DNA of 64,000 nt, from assembly GCA_025594325.1 (NCBI GenBank), contig JANHCV010000011.1:248001-312000 (forward strand), given 5' to 3'. This document shows, piece after piece, positions 33,881 to 44,872 of this stretch (the first letter of the stretch is position 1; each line of letters opens with the position of its first letter). The notes under the pieces are model-generated. The model was not told the origin of the DNA. It ran no database searches and saw only the letters and a program-made list of their open reading frames with translations. The position numbers and the translations under genes are program-made. This stretch comes from Blastocladiella emersonii ATCC 22665. Its lineage: Eukaryota > Fungi > Blastocladiomycota.

Positions 33881-35240
33881 ATGGATGACGCTACCAAGGA
33901 CCCCGTAAGTCGATGCAACAGATTCATGTATACCGGGACGCGATCTGACGCGACTCGGCCCCCGCGGTAGGAATTCCCGATCGTGTGCGAGCCGTGCCTC
34001 GGCGACAACCCGTACATGCGCATGGTACTGTCGCTCTCGCTCTGCAACTCCCGCGTAGGTGCCACTAACACCCAAACCACCGCGCGTAGACGACGCAGCA
34101 GCAGGGCGCCGAGTGCAAAGAGTGCCACCGCCCTTATACGACGTACCGGTGGGTGCCCGGAGCGGGGCAGCGGTACCGGCGGACCGAGATCTGCACCGTG
34201 TGCGCGAAACTCAAGAACGTGTGCCAGTCGTGCATCCTGGACCTCGAGTACGGCATGACGACGCAGGTGCGCGACGCGGTGCTGGGCGCCGAGGCCGCCG
34301 CGGGCAACGTGTCGAGCGACGCCAACCGCCGCTGGCTGCTGCGCACCGCCGAGGCCAACATGGCCAAGACGGGCAAGTCGCTCGTCGACTACGGCCGCAT
34401 CGACAGTATCGCCAAGGACGCTCTGCGCAAGATGGCCCGCGCCGGGTCCGAGCCCTACGCAGGCGGATCGAGCGATAAGTCGGCCGCGCACCGTAAACAT
34501 ATCCCGGGGATCTGCGGCATGTGGCTCAAGGGCAAGTGCACACGCGGCGAGCACTGCCAGTACCGGTACGTTCGTTGCGTCGCTCGCTCTCTTCGCACCC
34601 CACTTACACCCGCTCAACATGTAGCCACGAGCTGCCCAAGGACAAGGCCAAGCTGGCCGATTTCATCGCCAAGAACGGCGGCACGCTCCCCGCGCACCTG
34701 CAGGAGCATCTGCACCAGCACTCCTCGTCGCAACTCGCATCTCACCTCACGCACCGCAGCGTGCAGCCGCCCGGCGCCCGCATCGCGGACCGCCACCTGC
34801 GCGAGGCCGAGCAGGCGCACGCCAAGTCGACGACGCTGCTCGTGACGCAGCTCCCCGAGTCGGCCGCCAACGAGCCGGCCCTGCGCGCGCACTTTGAGCC
34901 GTTCGGCGAGATCAAGTCGGTCGTCGTCGCGGCCGCGAAACGGTGCGCGTTCGTCAACTTCACGGCGCGCGACGCCGCCGAGCGCGCGTTCGAGACCGAG
35001 GCTGTCATCGAAGGCGAGCCGTACAAGGTCGCGTGGGGAAAGTACGTTGTGATTGCTGCGCGAGGCTCTGGCTGGTCGTTCAGGGCTGACAAGATCGCGA
35101 CGTGTAGGGCGCGCCCCGTCGGGCCACAAGCTCCGACTGCTGCCGCGACGGCGGCAGCCTCGCCAACACCGGGCAAGGGCAAGCAGGGCGGCGGGAACAA
35201 GTACGAGTACGCGGCCATGAACCCGTCGCTCATCAACTAA
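33881..35240 (+). CDS. RBM22: Pre-mRNA splicing factor RBM22/SLT11 (N-terminal Zn finger, CCCH, RRM); 4 introns
   Basis: 'EFPIVCEPCLGDNPYMRM', 'ECKECHRPYTTYRW', 'TEICTVCAKLKNVCQSCILDLEYG', CCCH 'CGMWLKGKCTRGEHCQYRH', RRM 'CAFVNF'. Confidence 0.93.
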
Positions 35241-35334
35241 CCGGTCTACCCCAAGATGCGCGGTATCAATCAAACATGGAATACACTCCCCGTTCACCTG
35301 ACAAAATCGAATGAATGCCCCACCGCCAACGTCG

Positions 35335-37624
35335 CTACGCTGCATCCCGCGACCGTCTCGACTTGCGCGCGCGCTTGGCCGGCGGCGGCTCGCTCCGCTC
35401 CGCGTCGGCGGCAGCGTCAGCGTCAGCGGCGGCAGCTTGGTCTGTCCACGCCGCGTCGAGCAGCGACGTGCCCGGCGGCGCCGCGGGTCCGTCGAACATG
35501 GCCTGGACCGCGATATCGGTTCCCACATCGGGGGCAGGGACGAGCGCGGGCATCTCGAGCGGGAGCGGCGGCAGCGGCAGCGGGGGCGCGAGGAACGGGT
35601 GGTCGAGCAGCGGGCTGCTGGGTCCCGCGGACGCGGCGGCCGCCGCCGAGGCGATGCGTGCAATGCGGGCGGCCGCGTCGGCCGGCTCGGTGGTGGTGTC
35701 AGGTTCGGGAGGCGGGACGGCAAGGGCGGCGGCAGGGGCGGGAGGGTCGAGCAGCGAGTCGGGCTCGGGGACGATCATGGACGCCGTCATGACCGTCGAG
35801 ACTGGGATCGCGGCGGACGAGGTCGTGGGTGACGGCGCGGCGGCAGGGACGGCTGTTGCGTTCGTCGCGGACTCGGCCGCTGTTGTTGCCGCCGAGGCAG
35901 CCGCAGCGGGCGCGGGGGCGGGTGCGGGGGCGGCAGCAGCAAGCGCAGCGGCCGCGGTAGGCGCGGAAGTCGCGGTCGCGGGAGCCGCAGCGCCCTCCTT
36001 GCCCTTGATCATGCCGTCGAGGAGCGCAAACTTGCGCTTCTGGCGGCCGAACCGCAGGCCGCACGCGTTGCACAGATATCCGTTGTTCTCGCCGCCGCTA
36101 GAAGTCAAAAAAGGTGAGTACAGGGAACGGCGAGCGGAGCACAAGTAAAGTGAACGCGTACCGTCGCCAAAGTCTACTCTCGGTCGTCTGGCACACGGTG
36201 CAGACACGGACCTTGGGCTCGGTCGGCCGGCGGGCGCGGCGGCGGCCCGGGTTGAGCGACGGGAGGACGTAGGCGGCGGCCGCGGCAACCATGGACGGCG
36301 GCGGCGTTGGGCCGGGCACCCTTGGCGCATCGGCCGGCGCAGCCGGTGCTGCTGGGAGCGGCGGCAGGGAGGGCAGCGGGGGAGGCGGGTGGTGCATGAG
36401 CGCGGCCGGGGACACGCCCGCGGGCGGCGCACCGCCATCGACCTCGTCGCCGGCATTGGGAACGACGGGCGCGTACGCGTACGGATGCGCGTCGCGGTGC
36501 ACGTGGCGCGGCGGGGGCGGCGGCGGCGGCGGCGGGCCGTCGTAGTGGTGATGGCGGTGAGACTGATGGTAGCCGTAGTGCTGGTCGTGATAGCCACCGC
36601 GTGGCGGCGGATACGCGTGCGGCGGTGGGGGCGGGTACGCCGGGTGGCGCGAAGGTGCGGGCGGGCCGCCGTAGTACGGCAACGAGGAGGATGGAGGGCG
36701 CGGCGGGTACCCCGCGTACTCGTCGCCGGCGCCTTCTGCATAGCGATAGTGGTGCGGGTCCGGGTACGGCTGCTGCTGTTGCACCACATTGTCGGGCCCG
36801 CCGCGGAACGCGTCCTCGACTTGCTGTGCGGGCGGCGCGGGCGACACTTCCGGCGGCACCGACTCGCCCGGCGGCCCCTCGCGCTCGCGCATGCGGCGCG
36901 AGGGTTCCGGGTGGGTGTCGGGGAGGAACTCGGGCCCACACTCGCCGGCGGCGTCAGCGGCAGCGCGTTCGGCGGCCGTCAGTCGGCGGTACCCGGGCGG
37001 GGGCGGTGGGAGCGGCGGGAGCGCGAGCGGTCGCTTCGCGACGAGCTTGGCAAGCGGGAGCAGGCCGTCGGCGCCGCGCGCGTCCACGGCGCTGCGCGAG
37101 CGGCCGTAGTCGCCGTCGTAGACCCCAAAGGCGCCGCCGGCGCGCTTGGACGCGTACGGCAGCCTATCGCCGTAGTAGCCGACGGGCGGCGGCGGGGGCG
37201 ACGCGAACAGCGCCGAGTGGTGGGGCGGAGGCGGGCGCGGCGGAGGCGGCGGGTAGCCGCGCGGTGGCGGAGGCGGCGGATAGTGGTGTTGCTGGTGCTG
37301 GTGCGGGTAGCGGTGGTCGTAGTGGGGGTGGTAGTGGTGCGACGGCGGCGGCGCGTACGGGTCGGCGGCGTAGCCGGACCGAGCGGCGTCGTACTCGTAG
37401 CCGGCCATGTCGTAGCCGCCGCGATAGTAGTCGGCGTCGGCGTCGCGCGCGCGCGCGTGCGGGTGCGGATGCGACGGGTGCGAGTACGGGCCGTGGCGCG
37501 CGTCGTAGCTGGCGCCGTACGACGCCCGATCGCTCGCGTCGGCGGCAGCGTCGTGGTACGGGTGCTGGCGCGGCGGTGCGGGCGGCATGTGCAGCGGCGC
37601 GCGAGGATGTGCGTCACGCTGCAT
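35335..37624 (-). CDS. Single-finger GATA transcription factor (C-x2-C-x18-C-x2-C) with Pro/His/Tyr-rich N-terminus; intron splits the finger (~36161..36098)
   Basis: Spliced 'CTVCQTTESRLWRR|GGENNGYLCNACGLRFGRQKRK'. Confidence 0.88.
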
Positions 37625-38535
37625 CGTGCGGCGCGCGGGCGGCGTGGCGTGGGGTCGAAGAGAGGTGGGACGCGCAGCAGAGGAGCGAGCGGCGCGGATC
37701 GCGAATAGCGAAAACACCAGGCGGACAGCGGGCTGCGGGGTAGAGCGAGGGCCGATCGCCACCGCCGCCGATGGCGAGACCGCGTAGTCCAGCGGCTACT
37801 GCGCGAGGGCAGGCAGGTGCGGGGGCGAGGTCGCGGTCGCGGACGCGGACGCGGCGGACGCGGACGGACCGGCGACCGAGGGCAGGAGAAGGAGCGCACG
37901 CGGGCAGGCAGGCAGGCGGGCGGGCGATGCGTTGCGCCGAGTGCCGAGGGCGGGCGGGGTGTGGTGGGGGGTGCGGCCGCCAACGGGGGAGCGTAGACGT
38001 CCGATGGGCGGACGCGGCAGTGCGAGATCCAGGGCCGGTGCGGTTGAGCACGCGGATGGATGTGCGACTGAGCGCGCGCGGGGCGGGTCGGGTGCGAGAG
38101 GGCGGGAGGGAGGGATGCTGCAGCGGGCTCACAACCGAGACTCGGGGAGAGGGACTTGGACCGTATGTAGGATCCGGCCGGGACGGTCGATTGCAGCGGC
38201 CGTGATGCGCGATGGCGATCAGCAGATGGGCGCGGGCGTGGGCGAGCGAGCGAGAGAGGGGGGCCGTGCGGCGAGGGCGAGTGTGGGAGCGGCCTTGTTC
38301 GACCGCCGACCAAGTCCGAGTCAGCGTGCGCTGTGCGTGTCCGCGCCCAGAGCCCGCGTGGGAACGTGGGAACCAGCGCCGGGCAGGAGAGCGGACCACC
38401 AGCGATCGAGCGCGCCCTCCTCCCTCGACCGACCTCACAGTCGCTGCCGCACCAGCTTGGTCTCCCGGATAAGTTGGCCACGCAGTCCGCCTGTTCCGGC
38501 GGTCCAGACCGTTCCGATCACGGGCGAGCGCGCGG

Positions 38536-38544
38536 TTATCTGAT
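38536..38544 (-). promoter_or_regulatory. ATCAGATAA extended GATA site, with a second GATAAG at 38468-38473, upstream of the GATA gene
   Basis: + strand ttatctgat is ATCAGATAA on the minus strand, matching the ATCWGATAA consensus of fungal iron-responsive GATA factors. Confidence 0.3.
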
Positions 38545-39139
38545 CACCCGCGTCACGGCCTGCTTGCTTCGCTCCCTCGGCCCTCGTCACTATTCGTCAC
38601 TCGGAGCCACGGCCGGGCTCTCTTCCATCTCTGACAAGACAAGGCGGCCTGGCGGCTGTGCGATGGGAGACGCGCACCGACAACGGGGGAACGGGCTCGC
38701 GGCGATCGCGACCCACGCGCCCCGATCACTTTCGCGCCCGACTCCCGACTTCCGCTTCGCTCTCCCGTGGCCGCGAACGTGTTCCGTTGGACGCGTCGCG
38801 CCGCGATGTGTGACGCGTCTCTGCCGCCCCCTGAGTCCGCGCGCCGTCACCCTGCGCCGCGCGTCACAATGGGCGCCGCCAGACGGGGGACGTGGATCCG
38901 CACTGCGCGATTTTTCGGCACGATCCACTTGGCGCACTCGCTCCCGCGCCACGGCCTCGGCCGCCCGCTCTCACCGCCCTCGATTGCCGCCATCGTGTGC
39001 CTATTGACCGGGTCGTCACCGCCATCGCGCGCTTGCTGGCCTGCGTTGTTGCCGACCCCATCGTCCTTGACTGCCCGTACCAGCACGCCCACTCGCCTCA
39101 CACACGCGCGATTACGGGCATCAACGCATGGGGGACTCG

Positions 39140-39790
39140 CTCGAGGGATGCGATGATACGCATGTCGCGCACCTGATCATTCACGCTCGCGGTCGCGCTC
39201 TGGGCCGTGGTCATGGTCGCAAGCAAGCTTCTGTATCACCGATCCACCCGTGCTCTCTCTCCTCCACTCGGCGTCCGCCGCCACTGTCGTCGCCGCTGCC
39301 GCTGCGGCTGCACCGGCACCCGCGCGCATATGGCCCTCATTGACGCGTCAGGACGCATGTTGCGCACCGGATTGTTCGCGCTCGCAGTTGTGGTTATGGT
39401 CGGTCGCAAGCTTCTGTGTCAACTCTCCACCCGTGTTCTCTCTACTCGGCGCCCGCCGTCACCGTCCTCACCGCCGTCGCCCCTGCCGTTGCACTCGCAC
39501 CAGCGCGGATACGACGGCCCTCAAGGGACGCGTCAACACACATGTCGCGCACCAAATCTTCCTGGGTCGCGCTCGCGGTCGTGGTCATGGTCGCTCGCAA
39601 GCTTCTTTATCTCTCGCCACCCTGTCCGTGCTCCCATCCTTACTCGGTACCTGTTGCTGCCGCCATCGCCTCGCCACTGCTGCTGCACCCGCGCGGGCGC
39701 AGCCCTCAAGGGACGCATCGATACGCACGTCGCGCGCTAGATGGTTTGCGCTAGCTAGCTTCTATATCATCACTCCACCAGTGCTCTTTA
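39140..39790. repeat. Degenerate tandem array, ~185-195-bp unit, ~3.5 copies
   Basis: Anchor catgtcgcgcacc at 39161, 39356, 39541 and 39726 (variants); gtggtcatggtcg..gcaagcttct recurs at ~39210, ~39390 and ~39580; ccctcaagggacgc at ~39518 and ~39703. Confidence 0.85.
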
Positions 39791-40665
39791 CTCAGTGCCT
39801 GCTGCCGCAACGACCGCGTCGCCCTCGTCGTGCACCACGCGCTTGACAAAGAACGTAGCGCGTCCCCAGTACAGCTCGTACTCGCCCATCGCCGTATACC
39901 CGCGGCGGAGGTACATGCTGACGTTGCGCTCGGTCGCCGACAGCGTGCACAGCGCGAGCGCCTTGACCTGGCCATCCTCCACCCGCCACGGTCCCGCGGG
40001 GAACCCGACGCGCACCGCCCACGACTCGGCAAAGTCGAGCAGGTCGCGCCCGTGCCCGGCGCCGCCGACCGTCGGCAGCACCGCGAGCATCGACAGCGCG
40101 ACGGTGCCCGTCTCCCGGCACGCGTACGCGGTGCGCATCGCGTGCGCGTCGCCGTTGAAGGCGGCCAGGTCGTAGTCGTAGTTGGCGAAATCGACGGCGA
40201 TGGTCCCCGCGGGCCGCCATTCGGACCCGTCTTCGAGCGTGAGGGTGAAGTCCTCGGTCGCGCCGCGCAAGTCGTAGTCGATCCACTCCCCGCGCTCGAT
40301 CGAGTAGACGCGCCCAGTGCCGTGCTCTGCCTCGAACGCCGCGAACCCCGCGAGCCACGCGCCGCTCGGCACCCACAGCACGTACATGGCGCGGTCGCCC
40401 GCGCGCTGGTGCGCCATCCACTTGGGCACCGAGCCCGGGTGCCACACGGGGATCCGCGACGCCAGGAGGAAGGGTTCGAGGGTGTCGACCAGCGGCGACT
40501 ATGGGGCGGGGTTGGTGGTGGAGTCAGGGACCGGTGGGTGGCGAGTGAGAGTGCGGGCGGGCGTACGATGAGCACGCCGTCGCGCCAGACGACCGCGGGC
40601 AGCGGCTTGTTGCTCGGCGCTAGCGTCCCGCCGACGGTGGTGCGTACGAGTTGCATCGGCTTCAT
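39788..40665 (-). CDS. GNAT-family acetyltransferase-like protein. Intron 40566..40499
   Basis: Motif A 'LSMLAVLPTVGGAGHGRDLLDFAESWA' and motif B 'NVSMYLRRGY'. Confidence 0.75.
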
Positions 40666-40906
40666 TGCGTAAATCTGCGAGGGGGGTTCCAGTGCAGGAG
40701 AGAGAGAGAGAGGGAGGGAACACGGCGCGGGTGTGGCGACGTCCATTGGCCATCGCTGCTGTGCCCTGCGACCCGGCACAGCGAGCCGCGACTCCCGACT
40801 CCCGTGCATTTCACCGATCACTCTCTCCATCATCGCCGGGGTCGTGTCAAAAGGGACAAACACTCTTTGCATATGGTGGTACACAAAATGCCAAACACAC
40901 TCACCC

Positions 40907-41566
40907 CTACTCGATCTTGACCTGGACGCGCTCGACCTGCGGCGCGGCCTTGGGCACCGTGACCGTGAGCAGGCCGTCCTTGAAGCTGGCCATGAGCTGG
41001 CCCGGGTCGATGCGGTGCGGGAACGTGACGGTGCGCTGGAAGTCCTCGATCACGCGCTCCTGCGCGATCAGCTGGTGCGTCGCCGCGGTCGGCGACGACT
41101 TGACCGCGGACTCGTTGGGCGCCGTCGCCGTGTCGGTCAGCGCCTCGCCGCCCGTCGTCGGCGACAGGCCCTCGTTGGCATCGCCGGCGGCCGAGGAGGA
41201 CGAGGGGGCGGAGAACTCGGCCTTGGCCGTGGCGTGGATCGACAGCGTGTTCCCGTCGACGATGCTCACGTCCATGGCGTCCTTGGCCACGCCCGGCAGC
41301 TCGGCGACTACCACGTACTCCTTGTCGTTCTCTACGTCGCGTTCATGTTGCCCGAAGTGAGTGTCCGTGTGCATCGAGGGATGCACTCGCGACCGCGTAC
41401 CGTGAACGTCCATGGCCGGGATCCGCGGCCCGCCAAACGCCGACGCGAGCGCGCCCGCGGCCGACGGGCTGAACGCGCCGCCGCGGCGCAGCGGCAGCAG
41501 GAACGGGTCCTCGAACGCGCGCGCCATGCGCGCCATCTCGGGGAGCACGGTGCGGAGGAGCGACAT
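40907..41566 (-). CDS. HSP20: Small heat-shock protein (HSP20/alpha-crystallin). In-frame 69-nt intron 41400..41332
   Basis: 'MDVH|ENDKEYVVVAELPGVAK', 'ERVIEDFQRTVTFP', 'ASFKDGLLTVTVPK', C-terminal 'VQVKIE'. Confidence 0.92.
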   Translation of the reverse strand: MSLLRTVLPEMARMARAFEDPFLLPLRRGGAFSPSAAGALASAFGGPRIPAMDVHGTRSRVHPSMHTDTHFGQHERDVENDKEYVVVAELPGVAKDAMDVSIVDGNTLSIHATAKAEFSAPSSSSAAGDANEGLSPTTGGEALTDTATAPNESAVKSSPTAATHQLIAQERVIEDFQRTVTFPHRIDPGQLMASFKDGLLTVTVPKAAPQVERVQVKIE

Positions 41567-41647
41567 CTTGGTGGTTGATTGCGTAGCTTCGTGGGTGTAA
41601 GGCTTCACGAGGAGGGCGGGTCGAGGGGCCGGAGGGCGGGTGCGGGC

Positions 41648-41653
41648 TTTATA
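41648..41653 (-). promoter_or_regulatory. TATA box candidate (TATAAA) for HSP20
   Basis: + strand tttata at 41648-41653, ~82 bp upstream of the HSP20 ATG, in GC-rich context. Confidence 0.4.
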
Positions 41654-41836
41654 CTCGTCGACGGCACAGCGGGAAGGGAGAGGAAGCGGGGCGAAGCCGG
41701 CCGACGGCGGCGGAACGAACGAGAACGGGAGCGTGGCCCCGGCTCAGCGTGGCGCCCAACGCGTCGACGAGACGCGTCGCTCATCCTCTGCGCGCGCCAC
41801 ACCGTCGGCCGCGTTCCGCCGCCACGTCAAACGACC

Positions 41837-43096
41837 ATGAAAACGAACACTAGAGAACCCGAAACCCGCCGAAACTACGGCGCCGCGGCGCTCGCCGACT
41901 ACATCGAGACGAAGCGCCTGCGCGCGCAAGTCACCCACGCTCAGACGCTCGCCGACCAGCTCGCCTCCGACTTACGGGCGCGCGACCGCACCATCGTCGA
42001 CCTGCAGTCGCGCCTCCGCTCTCTAATCCTGACCAACTTCTGCGAGCTGTCGGACGCCGACCTCGCGGTCCCCTCGGACCTGTTCCCCGAGGCCGACGCG
42101 TCGGGCCTGTACTCGCTCAAGCGCGAGCAGCTCGTCCACCTGCTGCTCAGGAAAGAGGTCGTCGTCCGCGGCCTCGTGCGCCGGCTCTGGGCGACCAAGC
42201 GCGAGCGCGACGCCGCCTTGCTCGACGCCCACCGCGCGTGGGCCATCCGCGACCCCGCTGCTCCGCCGCCGCCCGTCCGCGCCTTCGACGCGGGAATCAA
42301 GCAGTGGGGCTTCCACGACCGCTCGCCCGCCGGGGTCGAACGTGCCGACGACCGCATATCGGCCGCTGTCCGCGACGCCGGCACCCCGCACCCGAAGGCG
42401 TCCCGCGCACACCCGGCCCTCGCACACGACCCCGTCGCGCCGCGCCGACACCGGCTCGACCGCGATGCCGCGCGGCGGGACGCGAAGCGCAAGGTCGGGG
42501 TGACGGCGGCCCGGCTCGACGCGTGGCTCGCGGACCCCGTCGCGCCAACGGAGGAGGGGATGCCGCCGCAGCCGCGGCTCGTGCGCGGCCACGTCGATCC
42601 GCACCGCGCGCGCGAGGAGATGGAGGAAGAGGAGGATGATGGATTCGTATACAACGTTTCGGACGATGAAGACGACGTCGCGCCGCAGTCGCCGGCCCGC
42701 GCCCAAGCGCGCGAGATGGTCGCCGCGACGCTCGCGGGGGTCGCGGGCCGTACACCGAGATCGCCGGTTCTCCCACCAGCCGAGCAAGACGCGGGCGTCA
42801 ACGACGACTTTTTCCTTCCCGACCCCGCTCTCGCCTCGAAACCCGCCCCGCCGGCGCCGCGCGTCGAAGTTGCGGTCCCCGTGCCGCCGCGCTCGCTCAA
42901 GAAGATGCGCGAGTCGCTCGCCGCGACACTCGCCGACCGCGCGGCCCTGGCGGACGCGCTGGCGGCGGCGCAGGCGCGCGAGGTGGAGCGGGGCAAGAAG
43001 CACGCGGCCGAGGTGCGCGACCTCCGCGCGACGGTCGCGCGGATGCAGGCGTACTTTGACGGGCCGCGCGACCGGCCGAAGCAGCAGGAGCGGTGA
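41837..43096 (+). CDS. Uncharacterised protein with N- and C-terminal coiled coils, divergent from HSP20
   Basis: Long ORF with genome-typical codon usage; heptad-rich 'LRAQVTHAQTLADQLASDLRARDRTIVDLQSRL' and 'LKKMRESLAATLADRAALADALAAAQ'. Confidence 0.65.
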   Translation: MKTNTREPETRRNYGAAALADYIETKRLRAQVTHAQTLADQLASDLRARDRTIVDLQSRLRSLILTNFCELSDADLAVPSDLFPEADASGLYSLKREQLVHLLLRKEVVVRGLVRRLWATKRERDAALLDAHRAWAIRDPAAPPPPVRAFDAGIKQWGFHDRSPAGVERADDRISAAVRDAGTPHPKASRAHPALAHDPVAPRRHRLDRDAARRDAKRKVGVTAARLDAWLADPVAPTEEGMPPQPRLVRGHVDPHRAREEMEEEEDDGFVYNVSDDEDDVAPQSPARAQAREMVAATLAGVAGRTPRSPVLPPAEQDAGVNDDFFLPDPALASKPAPPAPRVEVAVPVPPRSLKKMRESLAATLADRAALADALAAAQAREVERGKKHAAEVRDLRATVARMQAYFDGPRDRPKQQER

Positions 43097-43155
43097 GTAG
43101 AGTGAATAGACTGTGTCTGATTGCAAATCGATCCAAAAAGGTGGGCGGGACTCGT

Positions 43156-44738
43156 TCAGTCGTCGCGCTTGCGCTTCCCGCGGCTTCCGGCCTCGTCGCG
43201 CTGGACGCGGACGAGCGAGGCCGCGCTCTGCCCCGCGTTGAACAGTTCCGGGAGCGGATCCTCGAGCGGGACCGTCAGGACCCAGGACTCGTCGAGGTCC
43301 GCGTCCGGGTTCGCGCGCAGGGCGGGTGGCGCGGCGAGCGGCATAGCGGACGCGGCGGGCGTGAGGAGGTCGAGGACGGGGGTCTCGGCGGGCGGCACGT
43401 TGGGCCGGCGGCGCGCGAACCCCGTGGCGAGCCCCGCGGGCGCACCCGTCCCGCTGGCGGCGGTCGGCGACAGCAGCGAGGCCTCGTCGATGATGTCGAA
43501 CTCGTCCTCGCGCTCCTCGTACTCGATGTTGTCGTCGAGCTCCTTGAAGTCGGGGGCGAACGCCGACCACTTGTCCTTGGGCGTCGAGCTCCACACGTAC
43601 AGCGTGCCGTGCTGCGACACGGTCACGCACAGCGGGAGGACCGGGTGCCACTACGTTACGGGAGTATTAGTTAGGCTCTTCACGGAGAGGAGCGCAACGG
43701 ACGTACGGCGAGAGAGACTAGCGACTCGGTCGGCCCCTCAATCAGCTTGACGAGAGTGCCCGTCGCGCGGCTCCACAGGCACATGGCGTGGGACCGGCCG
43801 GTCCCGCCCACGACAAACCGCTCGCTCGCGCCGCCGGTCCACGCGGCGCCGATCCACGAGTGGCGGTTGACGAGGTCCTGCAGCTTGAGCACGGGGATGC
43901 ACTCGAAGTGGACCTCGTCGGCAACGGCCGCCGCCGCAGCCTCGGCCTCGCCCGCGGGCACGTACGGCAGCATATAGGTGCGGATGGTCTTGTCAGCGAC
44001 GGTGATGGCGAGGTGCTGGCCCGACCGCGACGGCGCAAACTCGCGGACCGCGGTCCCCGCCAGCTTGTCGGAGAAGACGACGCGCGGGACCGGGTCTGCG
44101 GCCGACGGCGCGGTCGCCACGGACCACATGCCCTTGGACGTGCCGGCGAAAATGAACCGGCCGAGCGGGTCCCACGTCGCGATCACGTCGAGCCCGTCGA
44201 ACCCGGCGGCCGCGGGGACGTGCTCGGGCGGGACGACCGAGGGGAGCGGGGTCACGGCGCCCGAGTCGGCGTGCAGCAGCACGGGCGCCGACTTGGCGAG
44301 GCTCACGAGGACCAGCGACCGCAGGTACGGGTGGAAGGCGACGTGGGTGACGGGCGACCCGAACGTGTGGTCGTGAACCGGCAAACCCGTGGCCACGTCC
44401 CACACGATGCAGCGCCAGTCGAGCGCACCCGAGGCCAGGTACCGGCCCGAGCGCGACCACGACACGGACGACACGGCGGCGGCGTGGCCGTGCAGCGTCC
44501 GCAGCACCGCCATGGTGTCCACGTCCCACACCTGCACGGCGCCCGTCGAGCACGCGCACGCCAGGTGGTTCCCGCGCCGGCTGAACCGCACGCTCGTCAC
44601 GGACGTGTCGTTGACCGTCTGGTCGATCTGCGCCGGGTACGGGTCGAGCCACGACTCTGTTCCCGGAAGAGTGCGTCAGTCGTCGATCCGCGGTCCGGTC
44701 CATGGCGGGCGGAATGCACCAAGTAGCGGGATGTTCAT
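43156..44738 (-). CDS. SWD1: COMPASS/Set1C WD40 subunit SWD1/RBBP5; 2 introns
   Basis: 'MNIPLL|ESWLDPYP', WD repeats, 'WHPVLPLCVTV', 'WSAFAPDFKELDDNIEYEEREDEFDI'. Confidence 0.93.
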
Positions 44739-44872
44739 TGCAGCGGCGAGGGGGTGACGAGGAGCAAGGGAAGCCGCCGTCGCGCGCTCATCTCCTCAAA
44801 ACCGCACTGCGTGACGGGGCGCGCCGCGTGCTTCCTCCCTCTCTCCCCGTAGCCCACAAGCGATGCACTCGA

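Noticed and set aside
39140-39790. CRISPR-like array
   Set aside because: Eukaryotic context; units are ~190 bp and degenerate throughout, with no identical 25-45-bp repeats separated by unique spacers.
41600-41836. Heat-shock elements in the HSP20 bidirectional promoter
   Set aside because: Only scattered GAA units; no clean nGAAnnTTCnnGAAn array.
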